DNA of 64,000 nucleotides from Syntrophomonadaceae bacterium (GTDB lineage Bacteria; Bacillota; Dethiobacteria; DTU022; UBA8154), in NCBI GenBank assembly GCA_007135125.1, contig SLJK01000053.1:3974-67973 (forward strand). The letters are read 5' to 3'. Below are positions 40,741 through 50,370 of the stretch, piece after piece. Each line of letters starts with the position of its first letter. Within the stretch, counting starts at the first letter, position 1. A program made the translations under genes and the position numbers. Below the pieces are notes generated by a model. The model worked only from the letters and a program-made list of their open reading frames with translations, searched no databases and was not told the DNA's origin.

Positions 40741-41118
40741 TCAGGTCTTATCTTTGAGCCGGCTTCTGTAATCAAGTATAGCCTGGTGCAGCGCCTCTGC
40801 CCCAAGATTGGAACAGTGAACCTTGGGGTCGGGTAGCCCCCCCAGTGCCTCAAGGACATCAAGATCTTCTATTTGCATAGCTTCATCGAGGCTTTTCCCC
40901 TGTGCTAACTCAGTTAACACACTGCTTGTAGCTATAGCTGCAGGGCAACCATAAATCTGAAATTTAATGTCACAGATACGCTCTTCCTTTACTTTTATAT
41001 TGATGCACAGATAATCACCGCAGGAAGGATCACCAATGGCTCCTATACCGTCAGCATCAGCTATAGTGCCTACATTGCGGGGATTCGAAAAATGTTCTAA
41101 TACTTTCTCAGCGTACAT
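40741..41118 (-). CDS. iscU: IscU/NifU N-terminal-like Fe-S scaffold protein
   Basis: 125 aa; conserved scaffold Cys residues (GDPSCGD, GCPAAIA, HCSNLG). Confidence 0.8.
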   Translation of the reverse strand: MYAEKVLEHFSNPRNVGTIADADGIGAIGDPSCGDYLCINIKVKEERICDIKFQIYGCPAAIATSSVLTELAQGKSLDEAMQIEDLDVLEALGGLPDPKVHCSNLGAEALHQAILDYRSRLKDKT

Positions 41119-41203
41119 GAAACCATCCTTTCATAAATTACCGCTAATTATTTTTTTCTCCATTATGTACTTATGTCCAATTAAATGTTAACCATAAAGT
41201 GTG

Positions 41204-41221
41204 CATATGTCAATTACTATT
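41204..41221 (-). promoter_or_regulatory. Conserved box 1 (CATATGTCAATTACTATT; TTGACA -35 on the minus strand), copy B upstream of iscU
   Basis: 16/18 identical to 32521-32538; the flanking leader is also similar (ACTTATgTcCAaTTAAA vs ACTTATaTtCAtATTAA). Confidence 0.55.
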
Positions 41222-41270
41222 TTGAACTTTCTGCGCCTTTGGGGAGCGAATAGGCAGGAATATACTTGAA

Positions 41271-41298
41271 TTAATGCTGATAATGAGAATCTTTCTCT
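41271..41298. promoter_or_regulatory. Conserved box 2, Fur-box-like (TTAATGCTGATAATGAGAATCTTTCTCT), copy B
   Basis: 20-bp core identical to copy A; 75 bp from box 1; lies in the divergent serC/iscU intergenic region. Confidence 0.5.
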
Positions 41299-41446
41299 GT
41301 TTATAGCCTGCTGGCAAATTAGAAAGATTTTCTTACAGCTGTTTTTATTTAAGTCAAGATCAGGTATAATGAACTAATCTGGTAGTTCTCTTGCAATCTC
41401 CACAGGAACCGGAGAAGAACAATCGTTTACTCAAATAATTCTTATA

Positions 41447-42550
41447 TTGATGGGAGGATTTCTCGTGCCGTACAGAATCTTTAATTTTAATCCTGGCCCA
41501 GCCACTCTTCCGCTGGAAGTTTTGGAAGAGGCCCGAGAAGAAATGTTAAACTACCGCAACACCGGGCTTTCTATAATGGAAATGAGCCACCGCTCCCCTG
41601 AATTTGAAGAAATCATAGACTCTGCTCAGTCACTTTTCCTGGAATTGGCAGAACTCTCAACTGCATACCAGGTACTTTTTCTCCAGGGCGGAGCCAGCTT
41701 GCAATTTTCCATGATCCCCTTCAATTTTCTAACCTCTGATACCACTGCTGATTATATTATCACCGGCAGTTTTGCCAAAAAAGCCATGCAGGAGGCGGCC
41801 AAGATAGGAAACACAAACGTGGCTGCCAGTAATGATGTAACAAACTATACTACCATTCCTCGCCCTGAAGACATTACTCTAAGCCCCAACAGCGCCTATC
41901 TTCACTTTACCACTAATAATACTATATATGGCACACAATGGAATTATGTGCCGGATAGCGGCACAGTTCCCCTCATTGCTGATATGTCCAGCGATATACT
42001 CTCCCGCAAAATAGAGATGCATAGATTTGCTTTGGTTTATGCCGGTGCCCAAAAAAACCTGGGTCCTGCCGGAGTTACTGCGGTTATTATCCATAAAAGC
42101 CTGTTAGAAAAAGCCTCTGCTTCTTTACCTGCAATGCTTAGTTACAAGACTCATGCTGAAAACGGATCCCTTTTCAATACTCCCCCCTGTTTTCCTATAT
42201 ACATTGTAAAACTGGTTCTGGAATGGATTAAGAAAAAAGGCGGCCTCAGCGCTATTCAGGAAACAAATGAGCAGAAAGCTGACCTTCTTTATCAGGCCAT
42301 CGATAACAGTGGTGGTTATTATATTGGGCATGCTGCAAAAGAGGACCGTTCTATCATGAACGTAACTTTCCGGCTCCCGGAAGAGGGACTGGAAAAAACT
42401 TTTCTGGAGGAAGCCGCTGCAGAGGGGCTTAAAGGGTTAAAAGGCCACCGCTCCGTGGGTGGTATAAGAGCTTCTATCTATAACGCCATGCCTTATGAAG
42501 GCTGTGAAGCCCTTGCCCAGTTTATGAAGGAATTCCCAAAAAAACACTAG
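41447..42550 (+). CDS. serC: Phosphoserine aminotransferase
   Basis: Class V aminotransferase family, N-terminal FNFNPGPATLP; ORF-track start is TTG at 41447, but the true start is more likely GTG at 41465, preceded by GGAGGA. Confidence 0.85.
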   Translation: MMGGFLVPYRIFNFNPGPATLPLEVLEEAREEMLNYRNTGLSIMEMSHRSPEFEEIIDSAQSLFLELAELSTAYQVLFLQGGASLQFSMIPFNFLTSDTTADYIITGSFAKKAMQEAAKIGNTNVAASNDVTNYTTIPRPEDITLSPNSAYLHFTTNNTIYGTQWNYVPDSGTVPLIADMSSDILSRKIEMHRFALVYAGAQKNLGPAGVTAVIIHKSLLEKASASLPAMLSYKTHAENGSLFNTPPCFPIYIVKLVLEWIKKKGGLSAIQETNEQKADLLYQAIDNSGGYYIGHAAKEDRSIMNVTFRLPEEGLEKTFLEEAAAEGLKGLKGHRSVGGIRASIYNAMPYEGCEALAQFMKEFPKKH

Positions 42551-42604
42551 TCAGATAAATTTGTTCACCAAAGCAGTCCTTTAAAAAATACCTTTCCTGG
42601 GGAG

Positions 42605-43804
42605 GTGTCCAGTATTCTATCGAAAAAAGCAATGCAGATTTCTCCGTCACCTACTTTAACCATTGACAGCAAGGCAAAACAAATGAAAAGCGAAGGCAAA
42701 GACGTTATAGGCTTCGGCGCAGGCGAGCCGGATTTCGACACCCCGGAACATATTAAAGAAGCCGCTATTAGAGCCATCAGGCAGGGATTTACCAAATACA
42801 CTCCTGCGAGTGGCACCCCGGAGCTGAAACAGGCTGTTTGCCAAAAGCTATACGAAGATAATGGGCTGTTTTACGAGGCTGAGCAGGTGGTCATCAGTAA
42901 TGGTGCCAAGCACTCCCTGAACAACATATTCGCAGCTCTTTTAAATTACAAAGACGAAGTAATTATACCTGCCCCATACTGGGTCAGCTATCCCGAGCTG
43001 GTCAAACTGCACGACGGCACCCCTGTGATTGTCTCCACTCGTAAAGAAAATAACTTCAAGCTGACAGCAGAGGAATTTAAAAAAGCTCTTACCTCAAACA
43101 CAAAAGCCCTGGTCATCAACACTCCTTCCAATCCCACAGGCCAGGTCTACAAAAAAGCTGAGCTTGAAAAACTGGCAGAAGTTTGCGTGGAAAATAATAT
43201 AATAATCATTTCCGATGAAGTTTATGAACGATTGATATACGGGTCTTCCAGTCATATCTCCCCGGCCTCACTGGGAGAAGAAGCAAAGAAGTTGACTATA
43301 GTGGTCAATGGAGTTTCCAAGGCATTTTCTATGACCGGTTGGCGCATAGGATATGCGGCTTCTGAAAAAGCGATAGCTAAAGCCATGTCTGATATTCAAG
43401 GGCATGCCACCTCAAACCCCAATTCTATTGCACAGAAAGCGGCATATGCCGCTCTCGATGGGCCCGGTGATTGCGTAGAAGAAATGCGCCAGGCATTTGA
43501 AAAACGCAAAAACTTCATGTTAAGTAAAATACGAGAAATGCCTTTTATATCATGTATAAAACCAGAGGGCGCTTTTTACATTTTTTTAAACGTAACCCAG
43601 ACCTTTGGAAAACAGTTCCGTGGGAAAAAGATACAAAACGGGGAACACCTGGCAGAGCTTTTACTGGAAAATTACCGGGTAGCCCTTGTCCCCGGCAGAG
43701 GCTTCGGGGCACCGGAATATGTCCGCGTTTCCTTTGCCACCTCTATGGAAAATATCATTATTGGACTGGAACGTATTGAAGCTTTCCTTACAGAGCTAGA
43801 ATAA
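42605..43804 (+). CDS. aspC: Aspartate/aromatic aminotransferase (class I/II, PLP-dependent)
   Basis: 399 aa; PLP-lysine motif (SKAFSMTGWRIGY). Confidence 0.8.
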   Translation: MSSILSKKAMQISPSPTLTIDSKAKQMKSEGKDVIGFGAGEPDFDTPEHIKEAAIRAIRQGFTKYTPASGTPELKQAVCQKLYEDNGLFYEAEQVVISNGAKHSLNNIFAALLNYKDEVIIPAPYWVSYPELVKLHDGTPVIVSTRKENNFKLTAEEFKKALTSNTKALVINTPSNPTGQVYKKAELEKLAEVCVENNIIIISDEVYERLIYGSSSHISPASLGEEAKKLTIVVNGVSKAFSMTGWRIGYAASEKAIAKAMSDIQGHATSNPNSIAQKAAYAALDGPGDCVEEMRQAFEKRKNFMLSKIREMPFISCIKPEGAFYIFLNVTQTFGKQFRGKKIQNGEHLAELLLENYRVALVPGRGFGAPEYVRVSFATSMENIIIGLERIEAFLTELE

Positions 43805-43859
43805 TACAGCTGGCGCAGCAGAAAAAAAGAGGGCACAACAGCTACTCACCAAAGTAGGT

Positions 43860-44051
43860 TTATGATTCCCTGTCACAGTAAAGCATACCATCTTCAGCCA
43901 GGTTTTCCTTTTTTATTTCTCGAATGACAATCTTGACGGCCTCCGGTTGGCAATTAACCGTTCTTACCAGGGACCTGGTTACTTCTTTAACCATCTCCCT
44001 TTTTTGTTCTATTGTCCTTCCCTCAAACATCTCGATCTGCACTATGGGCAT
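43860..44051 (-). CDS. 4-oxalocrotonate tautomerase family protein
   Basis: 63 aa; N-terminal MPIVQIEMFEGRT with catalytic Pro1. Confidence 0.75.
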   Translation of the reverse strand: MPIVQIEMFEGRTIEQKREMVKEVTRSLVRTVNCQPEAVKIVIREIKKENLAEDGMLYCDRES

Positions 44052-44074
44052 GAAATAACCTCCTATCTCATTAT

Positions 44075-44773
44075 TTAAAAACCTCTTAAATCCACAGCCT
44101 TAACATATTCCAGGCATAGATAAACCGCTTCATAAATATCTTCTGGGGGAAGATATTCATGGACATTAAAAGAAGAGTCGATTAAATCTGAAGAAGATAA
44201 AAAGCGCTGCAGCACAAACCTGCGGCACCCTCCTACCGCCTGGGCAATTTTAATAATATCTTCCTTATCTAACAAATCAGGAACAAAAGTAGTACGAAAC
44301 TCGTGTTCTACCACGTTATTTTTTACAATATTGATGGTTTCTTTAAGGGCGGAGGTATCAACTCTGACACCGGTTACCAAACTATATTTTTCAAATGGTG
44401 CTTTAATATCAATAGCAATAAAGTCCAGCATTTTATCTTCCAAAAGGCGGCTTATAATACCGGGTTTCATTCCATTGGTATCCAGTTTTACACTTAAACC
44501 TAAATTTTTTATTTCTCCGATAAAAGCCGGCAAGTCTTCCTGCAAAGTCGGTTCACCACCCGAAATACAGACCCCGTCAAGGAAAGAAATTCTCTTTTGC
44601 AGAAAAGTAAGCACCTCGTCTATAGGAAAAAAGGGGAGTGTTTCAGGTTCTAACACAAGGTCTTTGTTGTAACAATACAGGCAGCGCAGATTACAGCCTC
44701 CCACAAAAATGGTACAACAAACCTTTCCCGGATAATCAATAAGGCTGGTCTTCTGCAATCCCCTGATATCCAA
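44075..44773 (-). CDS. Radical SAM activating enzyme, anaerobic ribonucleotide reductase activase (NrdG)-like
   Basis: 232 aa; LIDYPGKV...GGCNLRCLYCYN (CxxxCxxC); no nrdD in the window. Confidence 0.65.
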   Translation of the reverse strand: MDIRGLQKTSLIDYPGKVCCTIFVGGCNLRCLYCYNKDLVLEPETLPFFPIDEVLTFLQKRISFLDGVCISGGEPTLQEDLPAFIGEIKNLGLSVKLDTNGMKPGIISRLLEDKMLDFIAIDIKAPFEKYSLVTGVRVDTSALKETINIVKNNVVEHEFRTTFVPDLLDKEDIIKIAQAVGGCRRFVLQRFLSSSDLIDSSFNVHEYLPPEDIYEAVYLCLEYVKAVDLRGF

Positions 44774-44817
44774 AGAAGAGCTCTCCCTCTGTTTTTATAC
44801 TTTTTATACTTAAAGTA

Positions 44818-46506
44818 TCACTCTGCTTCTTTCTCCCAAAGTTCTGCTCTTGCAAAAGTGCGGCTTCTTTCCTTGATAACTATCAGAACCTCTTCTCCAA
44901 CCAGGCTGCCCGCGTTTTCAATATCCAGAATATAGCCATGAAGCCTTGCAATACCCCTTCCAGCATCGGTGGAGTGTGGCTCTTCTATAGTAACACGATA
45001 TATTCCGCCTTCTTCTACGGGAAGGGCATGCTTTTCCACTTCTTTTAGCTGTCCAGCCATAATTATTTTATAATTTTCCAGGTGCATACTGTCTGAACCT
45101 CTGATAAAGATAGTTTTCCCCATCTGTGTTTCCAATTTTTTTAAATATAAACCGCCTCCTCCTATAAGGAGCGCTGCTACCTCGCTATTCATCTCCACCA
45201 GCACAGCTTCAACATCTTTTTTGTTAAGTGTTTTTTTCAGTTCTCGCTCTATTTTGCTGCTTACAGCTTCAGGAGAAAGCAACTTGCCCTTGCCCTGGCA
45301 ATACGAGCAGGGCTGCTGCATAACCGAAGAAAGTCCTTGTTTAACTTTCTTGCGCGTTATTTCCACCAGGCCTAAAGAGGTAAGCCCCAGGACATTGTTT
45401 CTGGTCCTGTCTTTGCTCATCTCTTCCCGAAGTTTTTCAAGTATTTGCTGACGATGTTCATAAGTGCTCATATCAATAAAATCAGCGATAACTATTCCAC
45501 CAATATCTCTCAAACGGATCTGCCTGACAATCTCCGCTGCAGCTTCCATATTGGTTTTGAATATAGTTTCTTCCAGGTCGGTTTTACCGGTAAATTTGCC
45601 TGTATTTACGTCCACTACCGTAAGGGCTTCTGTTTCATCAAATATAAGATATCCCCCGCTTTCAAGGCGCACCATACGGCTTAATGAACGATCCAATTCT
45701 TCTTCAACCCCAAAACGTTCAAAAATAGGCTCAATATTTTTATAATAAAAGACCCTGTTCTGCAGATGTGGAGAAAGATATTCCAGTATATCATGAACCT
45801 TTAAGTACTCCCTGTGGTTATCAATAATAAACTGGCTTATTGAATCATTGAATAGATCACGAATAATTCGATATATCAATCCCATATCAGTATGAAGCAC
45901 CGTGGGAGCATCTTCTTTTTTAAGGTTCGTTTTAATCTTCTCCAGTAAGTTAAATAAAAAATCAAGATCTTTTTTCAGGCTCTCTGCATCAGCACCCTGA
46001 GCCGCGGTCCTGACTATTACCCCTACCCCCGGAGGTTTAATTCCCTCCATTTCCTGCTTTAGCCGCTCTCTTTCACCGGGGTCCTGTATTTTTTTGGAAA
46101 TTCCCACATAGTTATAGCCGGGCATAAGGACCAGGTATCTTCCGGGTAGAGTGATTTCACCCGTCAACCGCGCCCCTTTACTCCCAAATGGCTCCTTCAT
46201 AATCTGCACCATAATTTCTTCTTTGATATGCAGTAGCCTCTGTATGGGATATCTTTCCGCAGTGCCGTTGTCTCCTTTTGGTTGTGGTATGTCATCCACA
46301 AACAAAAAGGCGTTCCTATCCTCACCGATATTTACAAATGCGGCCTGCATTCCTGGCAGGACATTTTCTACTACCCCTTTATAAATATTTCCCACAAGGT
46401 GCTGCTGCAAAGGTCTTTCGATATATATTTCCATTACCCTGCCGTCTTCCAGCAGGGCCACCCTCGTCTCCTTCTGGTTGTAATTTACAACAATTTTTCT
46501 CTCCAT
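44818..46506 (-). CDS. rng: Ribonuclease G/E family endoribonuclease (Rng/CafA)
   Basis: 562 aa; S1 domain N-terminus, RNase E/G catalytic core. Confidence 0.85.
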   Translation of the reverse strand: MERKIVVNYNQKETRVALLEDGRVMEIYIERPLQQHLVGNIYKGVVENVLPGMQAAFVNIGEDRNAFLFVDDIPQPKGDNGTAERYPIQRLLHIKEEIMVQIMKEPFGSKGARLTGEITLPGRYLVLMPGYNYVGISKKIQDPGERERLKQEMEGIKPPGVGVIVRTAAQGADAESLKKDLDFLFNLLEKIKTNLKKEDAPTVLHTDMGLIYRIIRDLFNDSISQFIIDNHREYLKVHDILEYLSPHLQNRVFYYKNIEPIFERFGVEEELDRSLSRMVRLESGGYLIFDETEALTVVDVNTGKFTGKTDLEETIFKTNMEAAAEIVRQIRLRDIGGIVIADFIDMSTYEHRQQILEKLREEMSKDRTRNNVLGLTSLGLVEITRKKVKQGLSSVMQQPCSYCQGKGKLLSPEAVSSKIERELKKTLNKKDVEAVLVEMNSEVAALLIGGGGLYLKKLETQMGKTIFIRGSDSMHLENYKIIMAGQLKEVEKHALPVEEGGIYRVTIEEPHSTDAGRGIARLHGYILDIENAGSLVGEEVLIVIKERSRTFARAELWEKEAE

Positions 46507-47204
46507 GCTTTTACCTCGTTAATATTATTATAAGCAGCCCCGCCCGGAGTTAACAGTTTTTCCCCAACTCTAAAAAACAAGGACTCCCTGGTAAGTATAG
46601 TCCCCTTTCTTAGTTCCGGAAGCTGCAAAAGCTCCAGTATCTCTTCAGGTCTGGCTCCCCCGCTGCTGCCAGTAACCAGAAGCATGAATAGGTTTCTGGA
46701 GCCACCAATTTCTTCTTCCCATAAATCTAAAATGAAAGGTCTGATATCAACCTGTTTTTTGCCCTTTTTGTGCTGTCGTTCTTTGGGCAATTGCTCAGCA
46801 GAAAGCAGGTTGCCAATATTCTGCTGCAAAGAACCGGGATCCATCTCAAGCCTCGCCCGGTAGAGCGCAGCCCCAATAAGCGCTGAAATAGCCGGTTCTT
46901 CCAGGCTTATACTGCAAATATTTTTAACAATCAAGCCCATCGGTAACTGCTTATTAATCCTTTTTTCCAGCAACTCCATTTGCATTTGACGGGTTAAAAA
47001 AAGGTCCAGGTACTCATTTATCCCCTCTATTCCTATCCCCAACGGGGCAGCAAAAACAACCCGGGGCTGGGGACTAAACCCCTGGCTGTAGGCCAGAGGA
47101 ATCTTGGCCCTCCGCAAGGCCCGCAAAAAAGTGCGCTGCAGATCCAGATGAGATATATATTTCAACATACCAGACTTAGCAAAGCATACTCTAAAGCGCT
47201 CCAT
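46485..47204 (-). CDS. TIGR03936-family (DUF2344) radical-SAM-associated protein
   Basis: 239 aa; overlaps the upstream gene by 1 nt (ATGA) and the downstream rng by 22 bp. Confidence 0.7.
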   Translation of the reverse strand: MERFRVCFAKSGMLKYISHLDLQRTFLRALRRAKIPLAYSQGFSPQPRVVFAAPLGIGIEGINEYLDLFLTRQMQMELLEKRINKQLPMGLIVKNICSISLEEPAISALIGAALYRARLEMDPGSLQQNIGNLLSAEQLPKERQHKKGKKQVDIRPFILDLWEEEIGGSRNLFMLLVTGSSGGARPEEILELLQLPELRKGTILTRESLFFRVGEKLLTPGGAAYNNINEVKAWREKLL

Positions 47205-49066
47205 TAGATCTGTTCACCTTTACCGTTTTGCTTTGAACAAGCTTCCAAGCCACAGCCGGCACAGTTTCCCCAGCGGCAATCTCCAGTTGTTATGCCTTCA
47301 ACAGCTCTCTGGTGTTCTCTAATCAAAAAATCTTTGCATACTCCGGTGCTAATATGATCCCAGGGAAGGGGGTCATCATAAGATGGGCTGTGCAATGCAT
47401 AAGACTCGCCCTTTATACCCACCGCTTGAAAAGCTTGCATCCAGGCAGAAAAAGAAAACATATCGCTCCAGGCATCCATCCGACAACCCTTAGTGAACGC
47501 TTTCTCCAGAACTGCGGCCAGTTTCCTGTCACCACGTGCAAAGACCGCTTCTATAAAACTGTTTTCTGCATTATGCCATGTAAAATCCACCCCTTTCATT
47601 TTTTGAAACCGCTCTCGTAAAAATAATTGCCGTCGCTTTACTTCCGGAATATTAAGTTGTTGTTCCCACTGAAAAGGCGTATGGGGCTTAGGCACAAAAT
47701 TGGAGACGCTTACACTGACTCTGGATTTATTGCCCCTGCCTCCACTTTTGGGGGGCGTAAAAGAGCTGATTTTTTGCACCAGTTTCACCATTTCCCGCAG
47801 GTCATCATATGTTTCCGTCGGAAGCCCTATCATAAAATAAAGCTTAATATGACCTCTACCTGTCCTAAAAGCATCCCTGGAAGCTTCCAAGATTTCCTCT
47901 TCGGTAATATTCTTATTGATCACGTCCCGTAACCGCTGTGAGCCTGCTTCAGGGGCAAAAGTGATTCCGCTTGCTTTATTCTTTTGGATCCTCTCCATCA
48001 ATTTTACCCCGAAAGGATCTGCCCTGAGAGATGGAAGGGAAAGTCTTATATTCTCATCTAACTCAGCTTCCAACTTTTCCAGCAGCTCTTCAATATATGG
48101 ATAATCACTGCTGCTAAGAGATGAAAGAGAAATTTCTTCCAATCCCGTCTGGTTTATAATATCTTTAGCTTGTTGAGATAACTTGGATACAGTCCGCTCC
48201 CTTACCGGCCTATAGATAATTCCGGCCTGGCAGAAGCGGCACCCCTGAGAACAGCCCCGAAAGAGCTCCAGGGTAGCCCTGTCATGTACTACTTCCATAA
48301 AAGGCACAATGAATGAACAGGGATAAGGGGCCTCCTCCAGGTTCAGCACTGTTCTCTTCTCGACAGGCAGGGAAGCCTCCTCTGCAAGAGGATTGATTCC
48401 CGCAAATTTGTCTTCCCGGTAAAAAGGTTCATAAAATGAAGGCACGTAGACTCCTGTCACTCCGGCCACTTTTTTTAAAAAATCATCTCTTCCCTTTGCG
48501 CTGCTTTCTGCTTTCCACTCTTTGTAAAGCTTCAGAATTTCCGGCAAAACCTCTTCCCCATCACCAACCACAAAAAAATCGAAAAACGGAGCCAGGGGCT
48601 CCGGATTAAATGCTAGCGGACCTCCTCCCAGCACAAAAGGCACTTTTACCCCTCTATCGGCACTGCGCAAAGGAATACCACCCAAAGCCAACATAGTCAA
48701 AATGCTGGTGTAAGCAAGCTCATACTGCAGCGTAAAACCCACCATATCAAAATCCTGTAGGGAAGTTCCGCTTTCCAAGCTAAACAGCATCTTATTTTCT
48801 TTTTGAAGCACCTCTTCCATATCAGGTGCTGGAGCAAAAACCCTTTCGGCATAAACACCTTCTACAGCATTAGCAACACTGTATAATATTTTCAATCCCA
48901 GGTGAGACATTGCTACTTCGTATAAATCAGGAAAGGCTAGTGCCAAATGCACCTGGAACTGGTCGGGTTCTTTATGCACAGCATTTATTTCTATTCCCAG
49001 GTAGCGGGCAGGCTTGTTTACTCTTAATAATAGTTGCGGGGACTGTAATGATGGCAAAATATTCAA
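47204..49066 (-). CDS. TIGR03960-family B12-binding-domain radical SAM protein
   Basis: 620 aa; N-terminal B12-binding-like domain; CSQGCRFCQAG (CxxxCxxC). Confidence 0.75.
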   Translation of the reverse strand: MNILPSLQSPQLLLRVNKPARYLGIEINAVHKEPDQFQVHLALAFPDLYEVAMSHLGLKILYSVANAVEGVYAERVFAPAPDMEEVLQKENKMLFSLESGTSLQDFDMVGFTLQYELAYTSILTMLALGGIPLRSADRGVKVPFVLGGGPLAFNPEPLAPFFDFFVVGDGEEVLPEILKLYKEWKAESSAKGRDDFLKKVAGVTGVYVPSFYEPFYREDKFAGINPLAEEASLPVEKRTVLNLEEAPYPCSFIVPFMEVVHDRATLELFRGCSQGCRFCQAGIIYRPVRERTVSKLSQQAKDIINQTGLEEISLSSLSSSDYPYIEELLEKLEAELDENIRLSLPSLRADPFGVKLMERIQKNKASGITFAPEAGSQRLRDVINKNITEEEILEASRDAFRTGRGHIKLYFMIGLPTETYDDLREMVKLVQKISSFTPPKSGGRGNKSRVSVSVSNFVPKPHTPFQWEQQLNIPEVKRRQLFLRERFQKMKGVDFTWHNAENSFIEAVFARGDRKLAAVLEKAFTKGCRMDAWSDMFSFSAWMQAFQAVGIKGESYALHSPSYDDPLPWDHISTGVCKDFLIREHQRAVEGITTGDCRWGNCAGCGLEACSKQNGKGEQI

Positions 49067-49246
49067 CTCTTTCTAGTTATATTATTATCAACCTGATTTT
49101 GTACAATATTTCTCCGGACAATAGAAAAACCCTTTCAGTATTTCTTTGCTTAAAAAACCCGGCACCGCAATTGGAAACCATTGTCAGGGAAAAAGCGCCG
49201 CTTATTAGTGGAAAGTAATATTTTTAAGTGTCTAAGCATTGTTTGT

Positions 49247-50350
49247 CTAAAACTGAATTTTGAACCTTCTCATTCCCACACTCAATACGACCCCAAGAGA
49301 GGCCATATTGACTATCATCGCACTTCCACCGTAACTCATAAAGGGGAGGGGAAGACCTGTAACGGGCATGATCCCCAGAGACATACCTATGTTAACCATA
49401 ACCTGAAAAGCAATGAGAGCAGCAACACCTAAACAGAGAAGCGCGCCAAAGCGGTCCTTGGAAAAAGAGCCAATTTTTAGGATGCGGTAAATTAAGAGAA
49501 AATAAAGGGACAATAGCAGTACTGCACCTAAAAAACCAAGCTCCTCTCCCAGTACGGAAAAAATAAAATCCGTATGTTGTTCTGGGAGAAATTGCAAGTG
49601 GGCCTGTGTCCCTTCGAACAAACCCTTTCCACCTACCCCTCCTGATCCTATAGCAATCATAGATTGACTCAACTGGTATCCGTAGCTCAAAGGGTCAAGC
49701 TCAGGATTTAAGAAAACCAGCAGCCTCATTTTTTGATAGTCAAGAAGACGGGACCAAAAAAGCGGAATGGTGGCCAAGCCGGCACAAGCCATCAATATCA
49801 AATTAACCAGGGGAACCCCTGCCATGAAAAGCATTGCAAAATACAAAACGATAAAGACAAGCGCCGTTCCCAGGTCAGGCTGCATGAAAATCAGTAAAAT
49901 TGGAGGTATAATGAATAACAACAGCAAGGGCAGCGATCTAATTAATGAGGGAAGCCTATTTTGTAAATCTACCAGTAACCTTGCCAAGCTTATAATAACG
50001 ATAAGTTTTGCCAGTTCTGATGGTTGAAAATCAAAGAAACCGAGGTTTATCCAGCGAAATGATCCACCTGCATCCCTGCCCACAAATAAAACCAGTACAA
50101 GAAAAATTATGTTGCAACTGTAGAGATACCAGCTCCAGCGATAATAGTTAATATAATCAATGCTTGCCGCCAACAATAGTCCGCCCATTCCAACTGCTAC
50201 CCATATAGCTTGCCTGCGAACATAAGCAAAAGTATCACTTACATGAAGGCCTTGAGTAGCGCTGCTGATAACTACCAGTCCATAAAAACAAAGGATTAGA
50301 GCAATTATCAATAATTGGTAATCAAAGTTTTTAAGAAGCCTTTTATCCAT
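49247..50350 (-). CDS. rodA: Rod shape-determining protein RodA (SEDS family)
   Basis: 367 aa; FtsW/RodA/SpoVE family, about 10 TM. Confidence 0.85.
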   Translation of the reverse strand: MDKRLLKNFDYQLLIIALILCFYGLVVISSATQGLHVSDTFAYVRRQAIWVAVGMGGLLLAASIDYINYYRWSWYLYSCNIIFLVLVLFVGRDAGGSFRWINLGFFDFQPSELAKLIVIISLARLLVDLQNRLPSLIRSLPLLLLFIIPPILLIFMQPDLGTALVFIVLYFAMLFMAGVPLVNLILMACAGLATIPLFWSRLLDYQKMRLLVFLNPELDPLSYGYQLSQSMIAIGSGGVGGKGLFEGTQAHLQFLPEQHTDFIFSVLGEELGFLGAVLLLSLYFLLIYRILKIGSFSKDRFGALLCLGVAALIAFQVMVNIGMSLGIMPVTGLPLPFMSYGGSAMIVNMASLGVVLSVGMRRFKIQF

Positions 50351-50370
50351 TATGCTTCCGGCCCCTCATG

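Noticed and set aside
49067-49246. Possible terminator between rodA and the TIGR03960 gene
   Set aside because: Only partial, imperfect complementarity was found; no convincing stem + U-tract.
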